A stretch of DNA of 64,000 bases, from the NCBI RefSeq assembly GCF_009914755.1, contig NC_060941.1; one strand, 5' to 3'. Below the pieces are notes generated by a model, which saw only the letters and a list, made by a program, of their open reading frames with translations, ran no database searches and had not been told where the DNA came from. Shown here one piece after another: positions 40,757-64,000 of the stretch (the stretch's first letter is position 1; every line of letters begins with the position of its first letter). This DNA comes from the human T2T-CHM13v2.0 reference genome, Homo sapiens. The translations under genes were made by a program, and so were the position numbers.

Positions 40757-41892
40757 CCCTAGAAGAAAGTCTAGGCAATACCATTCAGGACATAGGCATG
40801 GGCAAAGACTTCATGACTAAAACGCCAAAAGCAATTGCAACAAAAGCCAAAGTTGACAAATGGGATCTAATTCAACTAAAGAGCTTCTGCACAGCAAAAG
40901 AAACTGTTATCAGAGTCAGAAGGCAACCTACAGAATTGGAGAAAATTTTTGCAATCTACCCATCTGACAAAGGTCTAATATCCAGAATCTACAAGGAGCT
41001 TAAACAAATTTACAAGAAAATAACAAACAACCCCATCAAAAAGTGGGCAAAGGATATGAACAGGCACTTCTCAAAAGAAGACATTTATGTGGCCAAGAAA
41101 CATATGAAAAAAAGCTCATCATCACTGGTCATTAGAGAAATGCAAATCAAAACCACAATGAGATACCATCTCATGCCAGTTAGAATGGTGATCATTAACA
41201 AGTCTGGTAACAGCAGATGCTGGCAAGGCTGTGGAGAAATGGGAAAGCTTTTACACTGTTGGTGGGAGTGTAAATTAGTTCAACCATTGTGGAAGACAGC
41301 ATGGTGATTCCTCAATGATCTAAAACCAGAAATACCATTTGACCCAGCAATCCCATTACTGGGTATATACCCAAAGGATTATAAATCTTTCTACTATAAA
41401 GACACATGCACAAGTATGTTTATTGCAGCACTATTTACAATAGCAAAGACTTGGAACCAACCCAAATGCCCATCAATGACAGACTGGATAAAGAAAATGT
41501 GGCACATATATACCATGAAATACTATGCAGCCATGAAAAAGAATGAGTTTGTGTCTTTTGCAGGGACATGGATGAAGCTGGAAACCATCATTCTTAGCAA
41601 ACCAACACAGGAACAGAAAACCGGACACCACATGTTCTCACTCATAAGTGGGAGTTGAACAATGAGAACACATGGACACAGGGAGGGGAACATCACACAC
41701 CAGGGCCTGTCGGGGGATGGGGGGCAAGGGGAGAGAGAGCATTAGAACAAATACCTAATGCGTGCGGGGCTTAAAACCTAGATGATGGGTTGATAGGTGC
41801 AGCAAACCACCATGGCACATGTATACCTATGCAACAAACCTGCACATTCTGCAAATGCATCCCAGAACTTAAAGTAAAATTTAAAAAAAAAA
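40757..41892 (+). mobile_element. 5'-truncated L1PA (ORF2 C-terminus plus 3' UTR)
   Basis: ORFs 40798-41307 ([18 protein letters not shown]...) and 41416-41658 are L1 ORF2. Confidence 0.97.
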
Positions 41893-42109
41893 GAGTGTGA
41901 TGTTCCCCTTCCTGTGTCCATGTGTTCTCATTTGTTGTGGGGTGGGGGGAGGGGGGAGAGATAGCATTGGGAGATATACCTAATGCTAGATGACGAGTTA
42001 GTGGGTGCAGCACACCAGCATGGCACATGTATACATATGTAACTAACCTGCACATTGTGCACATGTACCCTAAAACTTAAAGTATAATAACAATAAAGAA
42101 AGAAAGAAG
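41893..42109 (+). mobile_element. Short young L1PA 3' end with inverted 5' segment
   Basis: 41893-41932 is reverse-complement L1 3' UTR, followed by forward ...taccctaaaacttaaagtataataa. Confidence 0.85.
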
Positions 42110-42344
42110 GCATAGATGTTGCAGTTTTTAAATATTTGCTATTTAATGTTGTTTTATTTAAACAATGTAGATACACTGCTTTGATAAAAATAAAAATAAA
42201 ATGTAAAAAAAAAAGAAATGCAGTTTTTCAGGCTCATCCCAGACTGGCTGAATCAGAAACTCTGAGGCTGGGGCTGGGATGCAGCAGCCTGTGTTTAGCA
42301 TGTCCTTCAGGTGGTTTGGAGACCCACTGAGATAGAGGAAGATA

Positions 42345-44551
<2,207 letters not shown>

Positions 44552-44884
44552 CATATATTTTAACAGCTGTCACCAGAATTCATCTTGCAGGGAAAAAAAT
44601 GTCTTTACTTGGGAAACTACATTAAGAAGATCTTGGGTTAAAAGGTGGGACCCTAATGCCTTGATTTGGCTGGTAAGACATCAGAGGGTGAAAGGAGAGA
44701 AGGATTTGAAGTTCACAGGACAATCCCGGAAGGAAGGAATGAGGAGGAGAGAGACAGGAACCAGGAGCAGGGGCTCCAGGATGACGCTGAGAGGCTGTCG
44801 CTGTGAGGTGCAGTCCCAAATGCCAGCGTGAGCAGAGTTTTCCATTGTGAAGGAAAGACCAGGTTTCATATAAAAGCAGATTGA

Positions 44885-45321
<437 letters not shown>

Positions 45322-48267
45322 TCAGTTCTCAGGCCCAGGTCTGGCTGATCCAAAGACTTTCCACTGTACCCCAACCTCTCTGGGGCCAGAGCAAACTATC
45401 AGGAAAATAAGTTTAGGAAGAGAAGAGAAAGGGATGCAAAGAATCCAGGAGGAAGGGCCTGTTTCAACAAAAGCAGATAGGATGTGTGTCACAGCCTGGG
45501 CCAGCACTGTCTCCCTCCATTCATTCCCCCGCAGAAAACCAGAGGCTCCTTCTTTGGAAAAAAAATAAAACTCCAGAGAAAAGACTTACAGAAACTGAAC
45601 TGAGGTGGTTGTACCATGCAAAAAGCCGGTTTGCCAACCTGCCCATCCACGTAGCACCTTCTATCAGCTTTTTAGTGTCTCGTCATAAAATATAAACAAA
45701 AGGATGACCAGGTACTTGAAGGAAGCTTCCAATATTAAAGACAAAGTAAAACAAGCAAACAAACAAAACAGTAAAAAAGGAAATTGAAGAAAACAGAAAT
45801 AATGCAGAATCCAAAACTGTATATATATATATTTTTTAAATAACCTCAGAGTGGGAGAGATGTATATACATATAGCAGTTATAGCCATGAAACAAGAACT
45901 AAATGTTATAAAACAGGAGCAAACAGAGAAAAAAAAAATGACTTTTTGGAGAAAAAAATATAACAAATTTAAAATGCAGTTCAAAACTTTGAAGTCGAAA
46001 GAGAGAGAAATGCCAGAACTGAGAAAGTCAAAAGCATAATAGGGACCAGACCTGGGGGTGCTAGGGTCTATGTCAGAGTTGCCCTGAGCCCCCTGCACTC
46101 CCAGCTGTGTTGCCAAAAGTTCCTCTACCTGACAAATGACCTCTCAACCCTGGCTGCATGTTCAAATCACCCAGAGAGCTTTCAAAAATCCCAGTACCGA
46201 GTCATATCCCAGACCAACTAAAGCAGAATTTTGGGGGGTCAGAGCAGTCATCGGTATTTTTTAAAGCCCTCCAGGTCATTCCAATGTACAGGCAAGGTTG
46301 AGAACTTGTAGCTGAATGGAAACAGCGTTATAATTAAAAAGCACAAGCAAATGAAGTAAATAATAATTAGAAGTAGGATTACAGATGATTTAGTTAGCTA
46401 CATCTTGGAGGAAGCTAGGATGGGTTTGGAAAGGATTTGTGCCACAGAGAATGCCATAAAGAAGGGCGTGACCTATACACAGCAGAGTTAACCGAGCCCA
46501 AGTGCTCCAGACAGCATCCACGTGCTGCTGGCCATGAGGCTCCCCGCTGACTTTGCTCAGAGTTGGAATTAGATAATGAAGCATGTAACTGCATATTCAC
46601 TTTAGCTGGCCTGGTTTACCGGGAAGGAAACGTCAGAAGTGAAACTCTGGCCAGGGAAATGTGGATGCCCAGCCTCATAGCAATCCAGTCGTCCAGCTGG
46701 AAGGGAGAGTTGGTGGTGATGAGCCATCTTCAAATGCCCTGCATATGCTGGGCAAAGCATTCTCGGCCTCACTTCACAGCATAAGTGTCATGTTCTCTAT
46801 TTAACTGAAGCTCAGAAATGGACAATGACCTGCTAAACCTCCCACATGTAGTTAGTGGTGGGTGGGGATTTGAACCCAGGTCCATCTGACTCCACATTCG
46901 GAGCCCACGTTTATTGCACTAATGTCAAGGTCCGCTTCAGCCAGTCTACTGACACCACTGAGATAGAAAAGAAAAAAGTGGCAAGTGAGCATCCTTCCAG
47001 TCCCATCCCAAGGCCCCCCTCCTACACAGACCAGTCCTCCCCTGGCAGCTAACACACCCCCTGGCACAGGGACATGCTTTGTAAGGGCTTGTTGAATGAA
47101 GTGAATGATCGTGAGGCGACCACCCCTTTCCGGTGCCTAAGCCTCACCAAAATTAGCCAAGGGGTTCCAAAAAGACCAACACGGAGGTGACGCCAGATGC
47201 CAGGAGCAAGGTGGGGCTGGGAGCAACCAAAGGCCCAGGCCCTCTTTGCAGGGGGCTAGAAAGGAGAGGATTCTGTGTTCAAATCAGAGGGAACTATAGC
47301 AGATGTCCTTAAGGGACAAGGGTCTCTGGCTTGCCTTAGTCAGCATCTTCCAGCCACCTGCTCTCCCTTTGGACGTGGCTACAGCTCTCTTAACATCACT
47401 GAAGCTCCTTAGCAGGTGCTCTCAGCATCTTATGAGGAGCACATGCCAACTGGGAACGCACATCCTCGTTTTTTGCTCAGAAACTTTGGTCTTGGCCCTT
47501 CTCCCTTTCCCACTGGGATTAAGGGAACTTGCTATTTGCCTTGCCTGTTTGGGGAGGACATTCTGGACACAGATGAGAGCCTTTGGGTCAAGCTGCTGGG
47601 AGCTCTCACACCCATCTGAGGAGGGCTCATTGTACACCTCACCAGATGCCAAGAGCACAGGAGCACATGCACAAGCCTCCTAAGGACAAGAGCCTTAGCA
47701 TTCGGGATAGAAGCCCTGAAGGCGAGCACACTCTCCATCTCCTGCTTATGATGGGCTGTGGATTGTTAAGGGGGTTGCTGAGCTTGGAGGGCTGCATGAA
47801 AGGGCTGCAATGGTAGGGGGCTTATGTAAATGCACCCCTAAAAGTACCCTGGGAGGGAGACACCCTATCGCCGGTCTTACAAGGACCACAGACAAGAGGC
47901 TGATAAAGTGGCCTAAAACCCTCCCTGTTATGCTGATCTCAGTTTCCATCTCAGTTTTGTCCCTCCCACTCTGGGATCCCCAGGTGACCACGTATACTAA
48001 GAGGGATTCCACAGCAGTCTGAAAACACCTGGCACCACACTGGAATCTTGGAGAAAGGTCTTCATCAGGGAAGCCAAGCAAAAGCTCTCACTGTAGGCCT
48101 CTACCCACCCCAAACAGGGGCATAGTGACCCTGTCATCCAAAGGGTCATACTTGGTCACACATCTCCCATTCGGCTGCCCAACAGTCACCCCCTGGACAC
48201 AGCAGAGACACAAGCCAACAACACCAGAATGGTGCAAGTTAGGCATCAGGGGCCTGAGCAAATGCAC

Positions 48268-48273
48268 TTTATT
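48268..48273 (-). terminator. KRT35 polyadenylation signal AATAAA
   Basis: tttatt on +, about 325 nt after the stop codon. Confidence 0.75.
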
Positions 48274-48596
48274 GTTCTGCCAACAAAAGCCCTCTACTGC
48301 ATTTCAGAATCCACCGGAACAGCACCTAGAAGGAAAACCTGACCCAGGAGGCAGCCTGAGAACAGAGACCCTGGCACCCATTGAAATGATGAGGAGTTGA
48401 GACCTTTGGGGGCAGCCGGCCTTTGTGACAGGCTCTGAGAAACTTTAGGGCATGTATTTGCAGAAAGCCTTTTCAGCCAGACCCTGGGCCTGGGCTCTGC
48501 GCGAAGAGAGGGGATTGGGCTACAAGGGTTAAGTTTGGGTAGAGGCCAAGTTCAAGCCCTGGAGACAATAGCCATGGCCATCTGGGTCACCCGCTC

Positions 48597-52648
<4,052 letters not shown>

Positions 52649-52715
52649 TCAGATGCAATTGATAGGTCTCTGAGGCCAGACACCCCAAAGCAGAGAAGCA
52701 GCTCCTTACCCCAGA

Positions 52716-52935
52716 TTTATATCTCTGCCCCAGTGGGCATTGGTTGGCCTTTACAAAGTGTTTTCTCCTCATTAAAGTTAACACCACTTTCTATTAAAAC
52801 CCCTCATTAACCTGTTATTTAGTTTCCTGTGAAAATTTACCAGTCTCATAAAATAGGAGCCCCATTACTATGTCAAGACTCATCTCCACCACCCCACATC
52901 ACTGGGAAGACCAAGTCCCTGTCAGTTCTTCAAAG
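52716..52935 (-). promoter_or_regulatory. KRT35 proximal promoter: TATAAA, HOXC13-type sites and LEF1 site
   Basis: TATAAA 52716-52721; TTAATGAGG 52767-52775 and 52802-52810; TTTTATGAGA 52844-52853; CTTTGAA 52929-52935. Confidence 0.75.
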
Positions 52936-54294
52936 GGACCTGTCATTTGAGCCCAGACCTCAGCCTCCGCATTAAGCAAGCATGGGAGTTCAGCCACTGT
53001 CTTGACTTTCTCCAACTTTGACTTCTTTTATTGGCCTGAGGGAGTAGAGGAGGTCTCTGGGGTGCTCCCAGAAGATGGAAGGGTAAACTTGGTTGGTGCA
53101 GGAAGGCAGGGGTCTTGCGGCCAGGGAGACACAGAAGGCTCTTGAATTGGCCCAGAAAATATGGCTAAGGTGACCAATTTTCTTGGTTTCCCCAGGAATT
53201 TTCTGGCTTTAGTTCCGAAAGTTCCATATGCCAGGGAAACCTCAGTCCTCGGTAAAATGGGGCAGCTTATCACCCTAGATACTGCAGAGCCCTGATGGAC
53301 ACTTCCCTACTCTTTCCCTTGCCAGGAAGTCTGTGCAGGTTGTAGAGCCTAAGTTCTAGCCACAATGCCTAGAGATCAGTTAATTGGACACCTGCCCATG
53401 ATGACATCTAGGAGGGCATGTCTTCCCCAGCCCTGGTTGAGAAATGGAGAAGCCCTTCCTTCTGGCTGCCTGAATTGGAGCTCTTTTCACACAGCCCTAT
53501 CAATAACCCGGCTGATGGTAGCAACCATCATTCACTGAGCATTTAGTACCCACCAGCCCCCACGCTGATCTGTCTCTATGCATTCTCTTATTCAGTCCTC
53601 ACACAAACTCATGAGATTGGCATCACCAATAGCCCATTAAATAGAGGAGGCTTGGACTGTTTCAGGAGCCTGTCCCAGATCACAGCTGAAAAAGCATCTG
53701 TACAACTGTTCAAGGCATGCTATCTTCTTTAAGGCCTCACACACACCCTCCAACACAGTCGTGGATAGAAAGGTGCTGACTCCTACAGAAGGAGACAATG
53801 GTCAGAGTAGAAAATGGCTTACCCAAGGTCCACACAGGCTTCCCAGGGAGGCTAAAGCCCAGGCCTTGCAGCTCCAAACCACAGGCCCACCCCACTGCCT
53901 CTAAGGGCCCAGTCCTGGCCAGGCCTTCCCCCTGAAGCCTGGCCCCTGCTCCAGCCTTGCTGTGCCCTCCCAGCTCTGAATGCCCAAGGCAGTGACTATT
54001 GGTAGATTTCTTGGCCTCCAATTAACTGACGTCTTCTGATTGTCTTGTGTTTCAGCCCTATTTTCCCAGGGAGACTGTAAGCATGGGGGCAAGGATTGAC
54101 CTTGTACTTTTTTTTTAAATCTCTGTAGTGTTAAGCACAGTGCAGGGCTTCTAGATGTCTATGAATTAATTAATTAATTAAGTGATTTTTCCCATGGTGA
54201 ATTGTGTTAAGAAAGGAAAGAAAGAATGGAAGGAAACAAAAGAGAGTAGGGAGCGGGGAAAGGAAAACACAGTCAATCTTAACTATTCCTACTT

Positions 54295-54613
54295 CTTTTT
54301 TTTTTTTTTTTGAGATGGAGTCTCACTCTGTTGCCCAGGCTGGAGTGCAGTGGTGCGATCTCAGCTCACTGCAAGCCCCACCTCCAGCGTTCACGCCATT
54401 CTCCTGCCTCAGCCTCCTGAGTAGCTGGGACTATAGGTGCCCGCCACCACACCCAGCTAATTTTTCTTTTTTTCTTTTTTTTTTTTTGTATTTTTAGTAG
54501 AGACGGGGTTTCACCGTGTTAGCCAGGATGGTCTCGATCTCCTGACCTCGTGATCTGCCTGCCTCAGCCTCCCAAAGTGCTGGGATTACAGGCATGAGCC
54601 ACCACACCCAGCC
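54295..54613 (-). mobile_element. Alu (AluY-type)
   Basis: gttcacgccattctcc...; TSD actattcctact. Confidence 0.95.
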
Positions 54614-56704
54614 TACTATTCCTACTTTTGTAAATGAGGAAACTGAGACTCAGAGATGGAAGGGGATCCGGCATCTCTGTGTAGGTGAGCAGCACCTGTC
54701 CAGACTAACCAGCCCCTTTGGCCAAGAACAAAGTGTTTTCTGGGCCAAAAGCCATTCTGCCCAAGGGAGATGGATCTCATAAACCAATTTAGTGCTAAAG
54801 TTGTGACTAAAAAATTCTTGATAAGATTTTTAGATAACTTTATAAAACATATATGTAATATTTTTCAAGCTGTTTTAAGGTATTTTGTAAATTGGTCTGA
54901 TCTATTTCTGTTCCTTTTTAGCATGCTTTTCTTAAATGACATGATTATCTAGAACCCCTTATCAGCAAGAACTAACATTGTTTAGCACATTCCTAGTAAC
55001 TTTCCTTACAGGATCCTTGCACTCTGCTCAGATGTGGTCCAGGCTGTCCCCAGATCATGCCACGGATACACTAAATACGGCCCTAAAATGCCCTTTGCCC
55101 TCCTTCCTCCTTTTTCTGCCCATCAAATCCAAATCTGCCCCAAAGCCTTTCCTGGTCACCCCAGCCCTCAGTGATTTCTCCTCTTCCCCAAAACTTGAAA
55201 CCCTGCCCACACCCGCTCCTGCTATCCCAGTGCAGTTGCTGGGAGCGAGGGGGCGAGGTGTCTCCACAGCTGGACGTGAGCTCCTCGGGAATTGTGCCTG
55301 TTATCCACTCTTTGTTCCAGCCGCTTCCGCCACCCCTGCTCCTTCCTAGATAGGCCTGAGCCTTAAGATTGGATTAGCTGTGTATGCCATGTTCCGTCGT
55401 TATCTCTTTGTTGATTAATTGATGTGTATATGTGAATGAGAAAGGCAGTCAGATAGCATATCTGGAAAGTACAAAAAGGATCAGAAAAATCATACCGCCT
55501 TGAAATAAAACATCATATTCACTCTGCGGAAATGTTATTGAATGTTTTCTATATCTCTCTCCATATCAATGAAATAGGAGCCCAAAGACCTAAGAAGGCT
55601 CCTAAGTCAGCCGCCTGCTGTGTGACTTTAGACCAGTCGCCACCTACCCCCACAACACTGTTGAATTCTGGTTTGCTTGTTGGTCAGTGATTTCAATTGC
55701 AACTCAGTTAAGGGTGTGTGTGAGGTTGAGATAGGAGGTGTTTCCTAACTGATACATATGCTCTGGACAATGTAATTAAAAGCTAGGCAAGTATGAATAA
55801 ATAAAGAGCTCACAGCCACACAGGGCTGATTGCGTGCATCAGATGAGGCTATGAGTGTGCCCTGTAAACTGGAGAGTGATCATAAAAAGGGAAAGCACTG
55901 TACAACACAAGGTGCTGATGATGTGATTACTTATCAGGTCATGCCCTGTGTGGTTCATCCACAGTGACAAGGCAGCTCAGCTGTTTCCCGGAGACTCGTT
56001 CCATTCCTGGACCCCTGCCTGTTTCCGCACAGAGGTACAATGCTCTCTGTGCACGCCTGGTCACACACTGGCCTCAGGCCAGGGTCAGGGGTGCAGACTT
56101 AGGCCCTAGAGCATGAGTGGAGCAGTGAGAGGGAAGGGGCAGGGCAGGTGAGAGAACCATGCCAACTGCCCCCCCTGCCCAAAGCTAGGTGCATCCTCTG
56201 AGGCTGAGGCCTTTGGGTTCACTCTCCAGCTCCAAGGACACTGCTGGCAGCACAGCCCTCACCATAGCATCCTGCCAGATACAAAGCAAAGCACTTGGCC
56301 CATGCAGTGGGGGTTCCTGTTCAACACTCTGAAGCCAGGGACTCTGCATTTGTAGTAAGAGCAACACTGATAGCTACCACTTTTTGGAAGCTACACACAC
56401 ACTGTCTCATCAGAACCTCCTGGCAGCCCCATTTCACAGATGAACCTGCTGAGACCAGAGAGGTCTCATGACATAACCGGGCATATAGCACAGAGTGGCA
56501 GAGTCGGGCTCAGTGCAGGATGCTCTGATGCTACCTATGCACGTCTTCTCCTGTTGTCTGATAAGTTTGCTGCACCTCTGGCTTGCTCAGCAAGTGATTG
56601 AAGAGTCCCATTTAGCAGCAAGTAGCTGATGACATGAGGCAGAGCCAGGTCATGAATGTCTTGGCCATGACCCAGAGGAGAGCCCAGAGGAGAGTGAGCA
56701 CAAG

Positions 56705-56765
56705 AGAGGGGGAGGAGGGAAGAGAGACAGAGACAGAGAGCGAGACAGAGAGAGAGAGAGAGAGA
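56705..56765 (+). repeat. Imperfect (GA)n repeat
   Basis: Read directly. Confidence 0.85.
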
Positions 56766-57707
56766 AATTGTACTGAGAAGAGCTCCAGAGTCAGGGTCAG
56801 AATAGCCAGGTGATGGCCAGGTCTCTGCCACTCACTGCTCTGTGGCCTGGAACAAGTCACTGCCCTCTCTGGGCCTGTTTTCTCAAGTGAAGACTGGAGC
56901 AGGGGCAAAGGAACCAACCGTGAGGCCCTCAGACCTCTCCCAGGCCATGCTTCTCTGATCAGAGGGGTGTCCAGAGCTGGCAGAGTTAGGCCCCACCTGC
57001 AGACCTGCCTAACTCAGCCAGTGGAATCCAGGGCTCTGAACTCTGCTCCACAGTGAAGCCTGGCTGTCCTCTCCCCAGACTCCATGTCTGAGCACCCACC
57101 CCCACCCCACTGTCCCTGGCACCCTTCAGTTTGGCCCTATGTGCCTTGTTGGGACATGGATTCACCTGCCCTCCACCTTCACCTCCCTGCTCTCCCTGAC
57201 TGCCCTCCCTGGCATGGCTGGCTCAGGATGGCTGCCTAGTGTTTGGCCCTCTCTGCTTGTTCCTGGGACCCCCTCTCCTTAACCATCCCCAGTATCAGGC
57301 AGCAGGGTGACAGCAGCTGGGCAAGAGAGGAGAAGCTGAAAGAAAAAGAGAGATAGCCACCGAATCCAGGTCGGGCTATGGATGAAGACTGGCTCTGGAG
57401 CCTTTGCCTCTTCTGGGGCCGCCCTAAGGTGTCTACTCACAGGCAGGGCCAAGCTGAGAGCTATGGCCGCACCCATCCAGACTGGGTCAGTGTCTGTTCT
57501 CATTGGCCAGCCTCTGAGGCATCTTTGTTATTAAATACTTCAAATCACCCTGCCACCGCCTCCCACTCAGAGCCCGAGAAGATAGACCTAAATGGAAACC
57601 CCACAACTATACTGCAGCCCCTGATCAGACACCCCCATGAACCACACGAGCACATGAGCATCAACAGAGTCAGCCAGGGTTGAGTTTGCTATGCCAGGAG
57701 AACACAC

Positions 57708-57713
57708 TTTATT
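57708..57713 (-). terminator. KRT36 polyadenylation signal AATAAA
   Basis: tttatt on +, about 210 nt after the stop codon. Confidence 0.75.
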
Positions 57714-57919
57714 GGGTAAATTTCCAGGAAACCTGGTTTTGCATGGCGTAAAAGCACAGTTAAGTCCGGAAACACAATACGGGGAGTGTTTTGGTAGAAA
57801 AACCTGCTAAGCGTAGGGGGACCCCTCTAGAGAAGGGCAGGGTCGTTAAGCCTCCAGGAGCCACAGGGGTGTCCTCCTTCCTGTGGTCAGGGCCCTGCCC
57901 TGGTGGACCAAGTGGGCTG

Positions 57920-61710
<3,791 letters not shown>

Positions 61711-62370
61711 AGTCTCTGCACCAGATCCCATAAATCGGGAGTGGCTGCACGAATGACATTTGGTTCCTGCTTTCTCCACCTCCCTTCCCCTGGGGATCCT
61801 CATCTGTCCCTTGTCACTTCCATCCACTGCTGCCACGCCTCATAGCTGCTCACCCCTGCCTGGGCTACTGGGATGGTAAAAGGGAGCAAAGGAACTAAAA
61901 TTCAGGGAGCACCTGTGATGTACCAGGCTCATTGTTATTTCATTTACACCTCGTAACAACCCTAGGAGGTGGCTGATTTTATCTTCATTTTTACCAGTGT
62001 GGAAACTGGGGCTCCGAATGGTTTAATAGCTTGCTCAGGGTGAACAGGAAGTGACTGGCAGAGCTTGGGTCTGAAACTAGGGCTCTCAGACACCAAATCC
62101 TACTTCCTTGCCCCACTGCTTCCCCACACAACTGGAGTCAAGTCTGGGTACCCAGAATTTAGGGACAGGAGACATAGTTCAAATCCTGGCTCTGCTACTA
62201 ATTTGCCCTGTGATACTGAGCACATCATTTCCTCCCTGGGAACCTCAGTGTTTTCACTGGAACAGTAGAGATTGTCCTTCTGTCCCGCCTGCTTCACACA
62301 GATATAAGGAGGATCGAACAAGAAGTGAAAGTGTTTTGCAAGCCACTGGGTCCTGCAGAAGTGTTGGTTG

Positions 62371-62415
62371 GTTAGGTTAGGTTAGGTTAGGTTAGGTTAG
62401 GTTAGGTTAGGTTAG
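62371..62415 (+). repeat. (GTTAG)9 pentanucleotide repeat
   Basis: Nine perfect copies. Confidence 0.97.
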
Positions 62416-63247
62416 GTTGACAGTCTTTGATGATGGTTTATGGCTGTGACCAGCAAAGGTTCGTGAGTGTGAGCATTCACATGGCACTGCTGAGAATGGT
62501 CTGTCTGCCCACTGGGCACAGCAGGGTGGCAGTGGGAGAAGGAGATGCCCCATAGCCAGTCCCTCAGTCAATGAACACATCATCACAGACTCCTGCTATT
62601 ATGGAATCTGCATGCTTGGATCACTGGGCAGAGCTGGAGGGCAGTTTCCTTTGTGGCCGTCAGCTTTTTGAACCTCATGGGTAGAATCAGGACCCTAGAA
62701 CAACCTGCTCTGACCCTCCTGGTCCCTTAACAGGTCACAGAAATGGCCAATGGCAGACTCTTTGGACAGAGGAGGAATACAAAGAAAAAAGCTAAATACT
62801 GCCAGATAGTTAAGCAAGCCGAGAGAGAAGAACCTGAGAATTGGGGACCAAAGATAAACCTGGGTCTTCCGCCTTGAAACATGGACTTTCCCAAGGCTTG
62901 GGAAACCTGCTCACTCTGCCCCCACACACGCTTGGTTTGCAAAGCTGGCGTTTATGGAAGCATTTATGTGCTTCTAAGGTTGTAATTTGCCAACCTCTTA
63001 AAATGTTTTATAAGCTTCTCTCTGAAATTATCCAGGGAGGATTGGCTGTGGTGAACATGCCTCTCCCAGCAAGGTGGACACCTTGACAAGATGTCCAGGA
63101 GCAGCTGGCAGTGGACCCCGTGCAGCCCCTCTGGGAGCAAGAGCACAGCATCAGCCCTCCAGAGCACCAGCTGCCCCAGCAATGGCTTCCTCACAGCCAC
63201 CCAATCTCCCCAGTTCTCCTGGCAGGGCCTAGGATTGGATTGTCATG

Positions 63248-63470
63248 GGGTTTCCCAACCTCAGCCCTTCGTGCCAGGTCATTCTTTGTTGTTTGGGGCT
63301 CTCCTGTGCTTTGTAAAATGTGTGGCAGTATCCCTGGACTCTACCACCAGATGCCAGTAGCCACCCCCTGCCCCAGTGTTGACAACCAAAACTGTCTACA
63401 GACATTGCCAAATGTTCCCCGGGTTAGGAGTCAGGGGGCAAAACCACCCCCAGTTGAGAACCATTGGACT
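63248..63470. mobile_element. MER20-like hAT DNA transposon
   Basis: gggtttcccaacctcagc...cagacattgccaaatgttcccc...ccccagttgagaaccattg. Confidence 0.8.
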
Positions 63471-63864
63471 ATCAGGACCAAGACTGGGGCTCCGACCCAA
63501 CCTCCCCTAAGCACCCCTGACTTTATTTTCTGGGACAACTAGCGTGGAGTCTGGCTGTCTCTGTTGGGCCCACTCAGGCAAGTCCTCAATACACCCATGC
63601 CTCGGTTTCCCTTGTTCATGACACAGCGTGCTTGTCCTGCAAAATGGGCCATAGGGCAGCCCTCACCAAGCCCTTTGCAGAGCTCTTCTCTGTTCGGGAT
63701 CTCTGGCTGGTAGGCATCTGAAGTTAATATTCTCATTTTCTTTTTTGTTTTAACCCCTGTACTGTATGATCCATATCTGAAGCTGATTCTAGGTTTCTCT
63801 CAGGACAACTGAATAAGCAAGGAGTCTGCTAATCCGAATATCTAGATGTCCCCATCATTCTCAC

Positions 63865-64000
63865 CTGAGCATCAGGAGGGACACTGTGGACCAGAGAGGT
63901 GCCTCTAGGGTTGTGGGGAGAGGAATGTACCTTCCCTGGAGCAGGTGACCAGCTCGTCAAAGGTAAAAGTCTTTCAGCTGCCCTCAGTGTCTTGCCTTTT
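63865..64000 (-). other. KRT36: Candidate alternative upstream first exon of KRT36 (5' end may lie beyond the window)
   Basis: ATG CTC AG|GTGAGA at 63872-63865 joins in frame to an internal acceptor in exon 1 at 61250. Confidence 0.55.

Noticed and set aside
48555-48596. KRT35 3' UTR gatggccatggctattgtctccaggg resembling the KRT36 DGKVISSR coding sequence
   Set aside because: Short gapped match that could be chance; needs multi-species alignment

Overview
Human genomic DNA from the type I (acidic) hair-keratin cluster (17q21.2 from memory), all genes on the minus strand. Four intact 7-exon genes can be reconstructed with GT-AG boundaries and the invariant internal exon sizes 83/157/162/126/221 nt: KRT38 (456 aa), KRT32 (448 aa), KRT35 (455 aa) and KRT36 (467 aa). 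Between KRT38 and KRT32 lies an unprocessed keratin pseudogene (probably KRT43P) whose exons 1-6 and decayed promoter are all traceable. The rest is Alu, L1, L2, MIR, MER, Tigger1, a solo LTR and a U2 snRNA retrocopy. I see no novel biological system in the prokaryotic sense. The most unusual structure is in KRT35, where three consecutive introns carry local duplications: a minisatellite built from its own exon-3 splice donor, a duplicated hairpin with nuclear-receptor half-sites, and a 124-bp-period duplication of the exon-6 splice acceptor. Also notable are an upstream KRT36 exon that splices in frame into exon 1, a mosaic pseudogene, 98% exon-6 identity between KRT32 and KRT35, and paralogous conserved non-coding blocks. 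Coordinates were counted by hand; repeat subfamily names are tentative.
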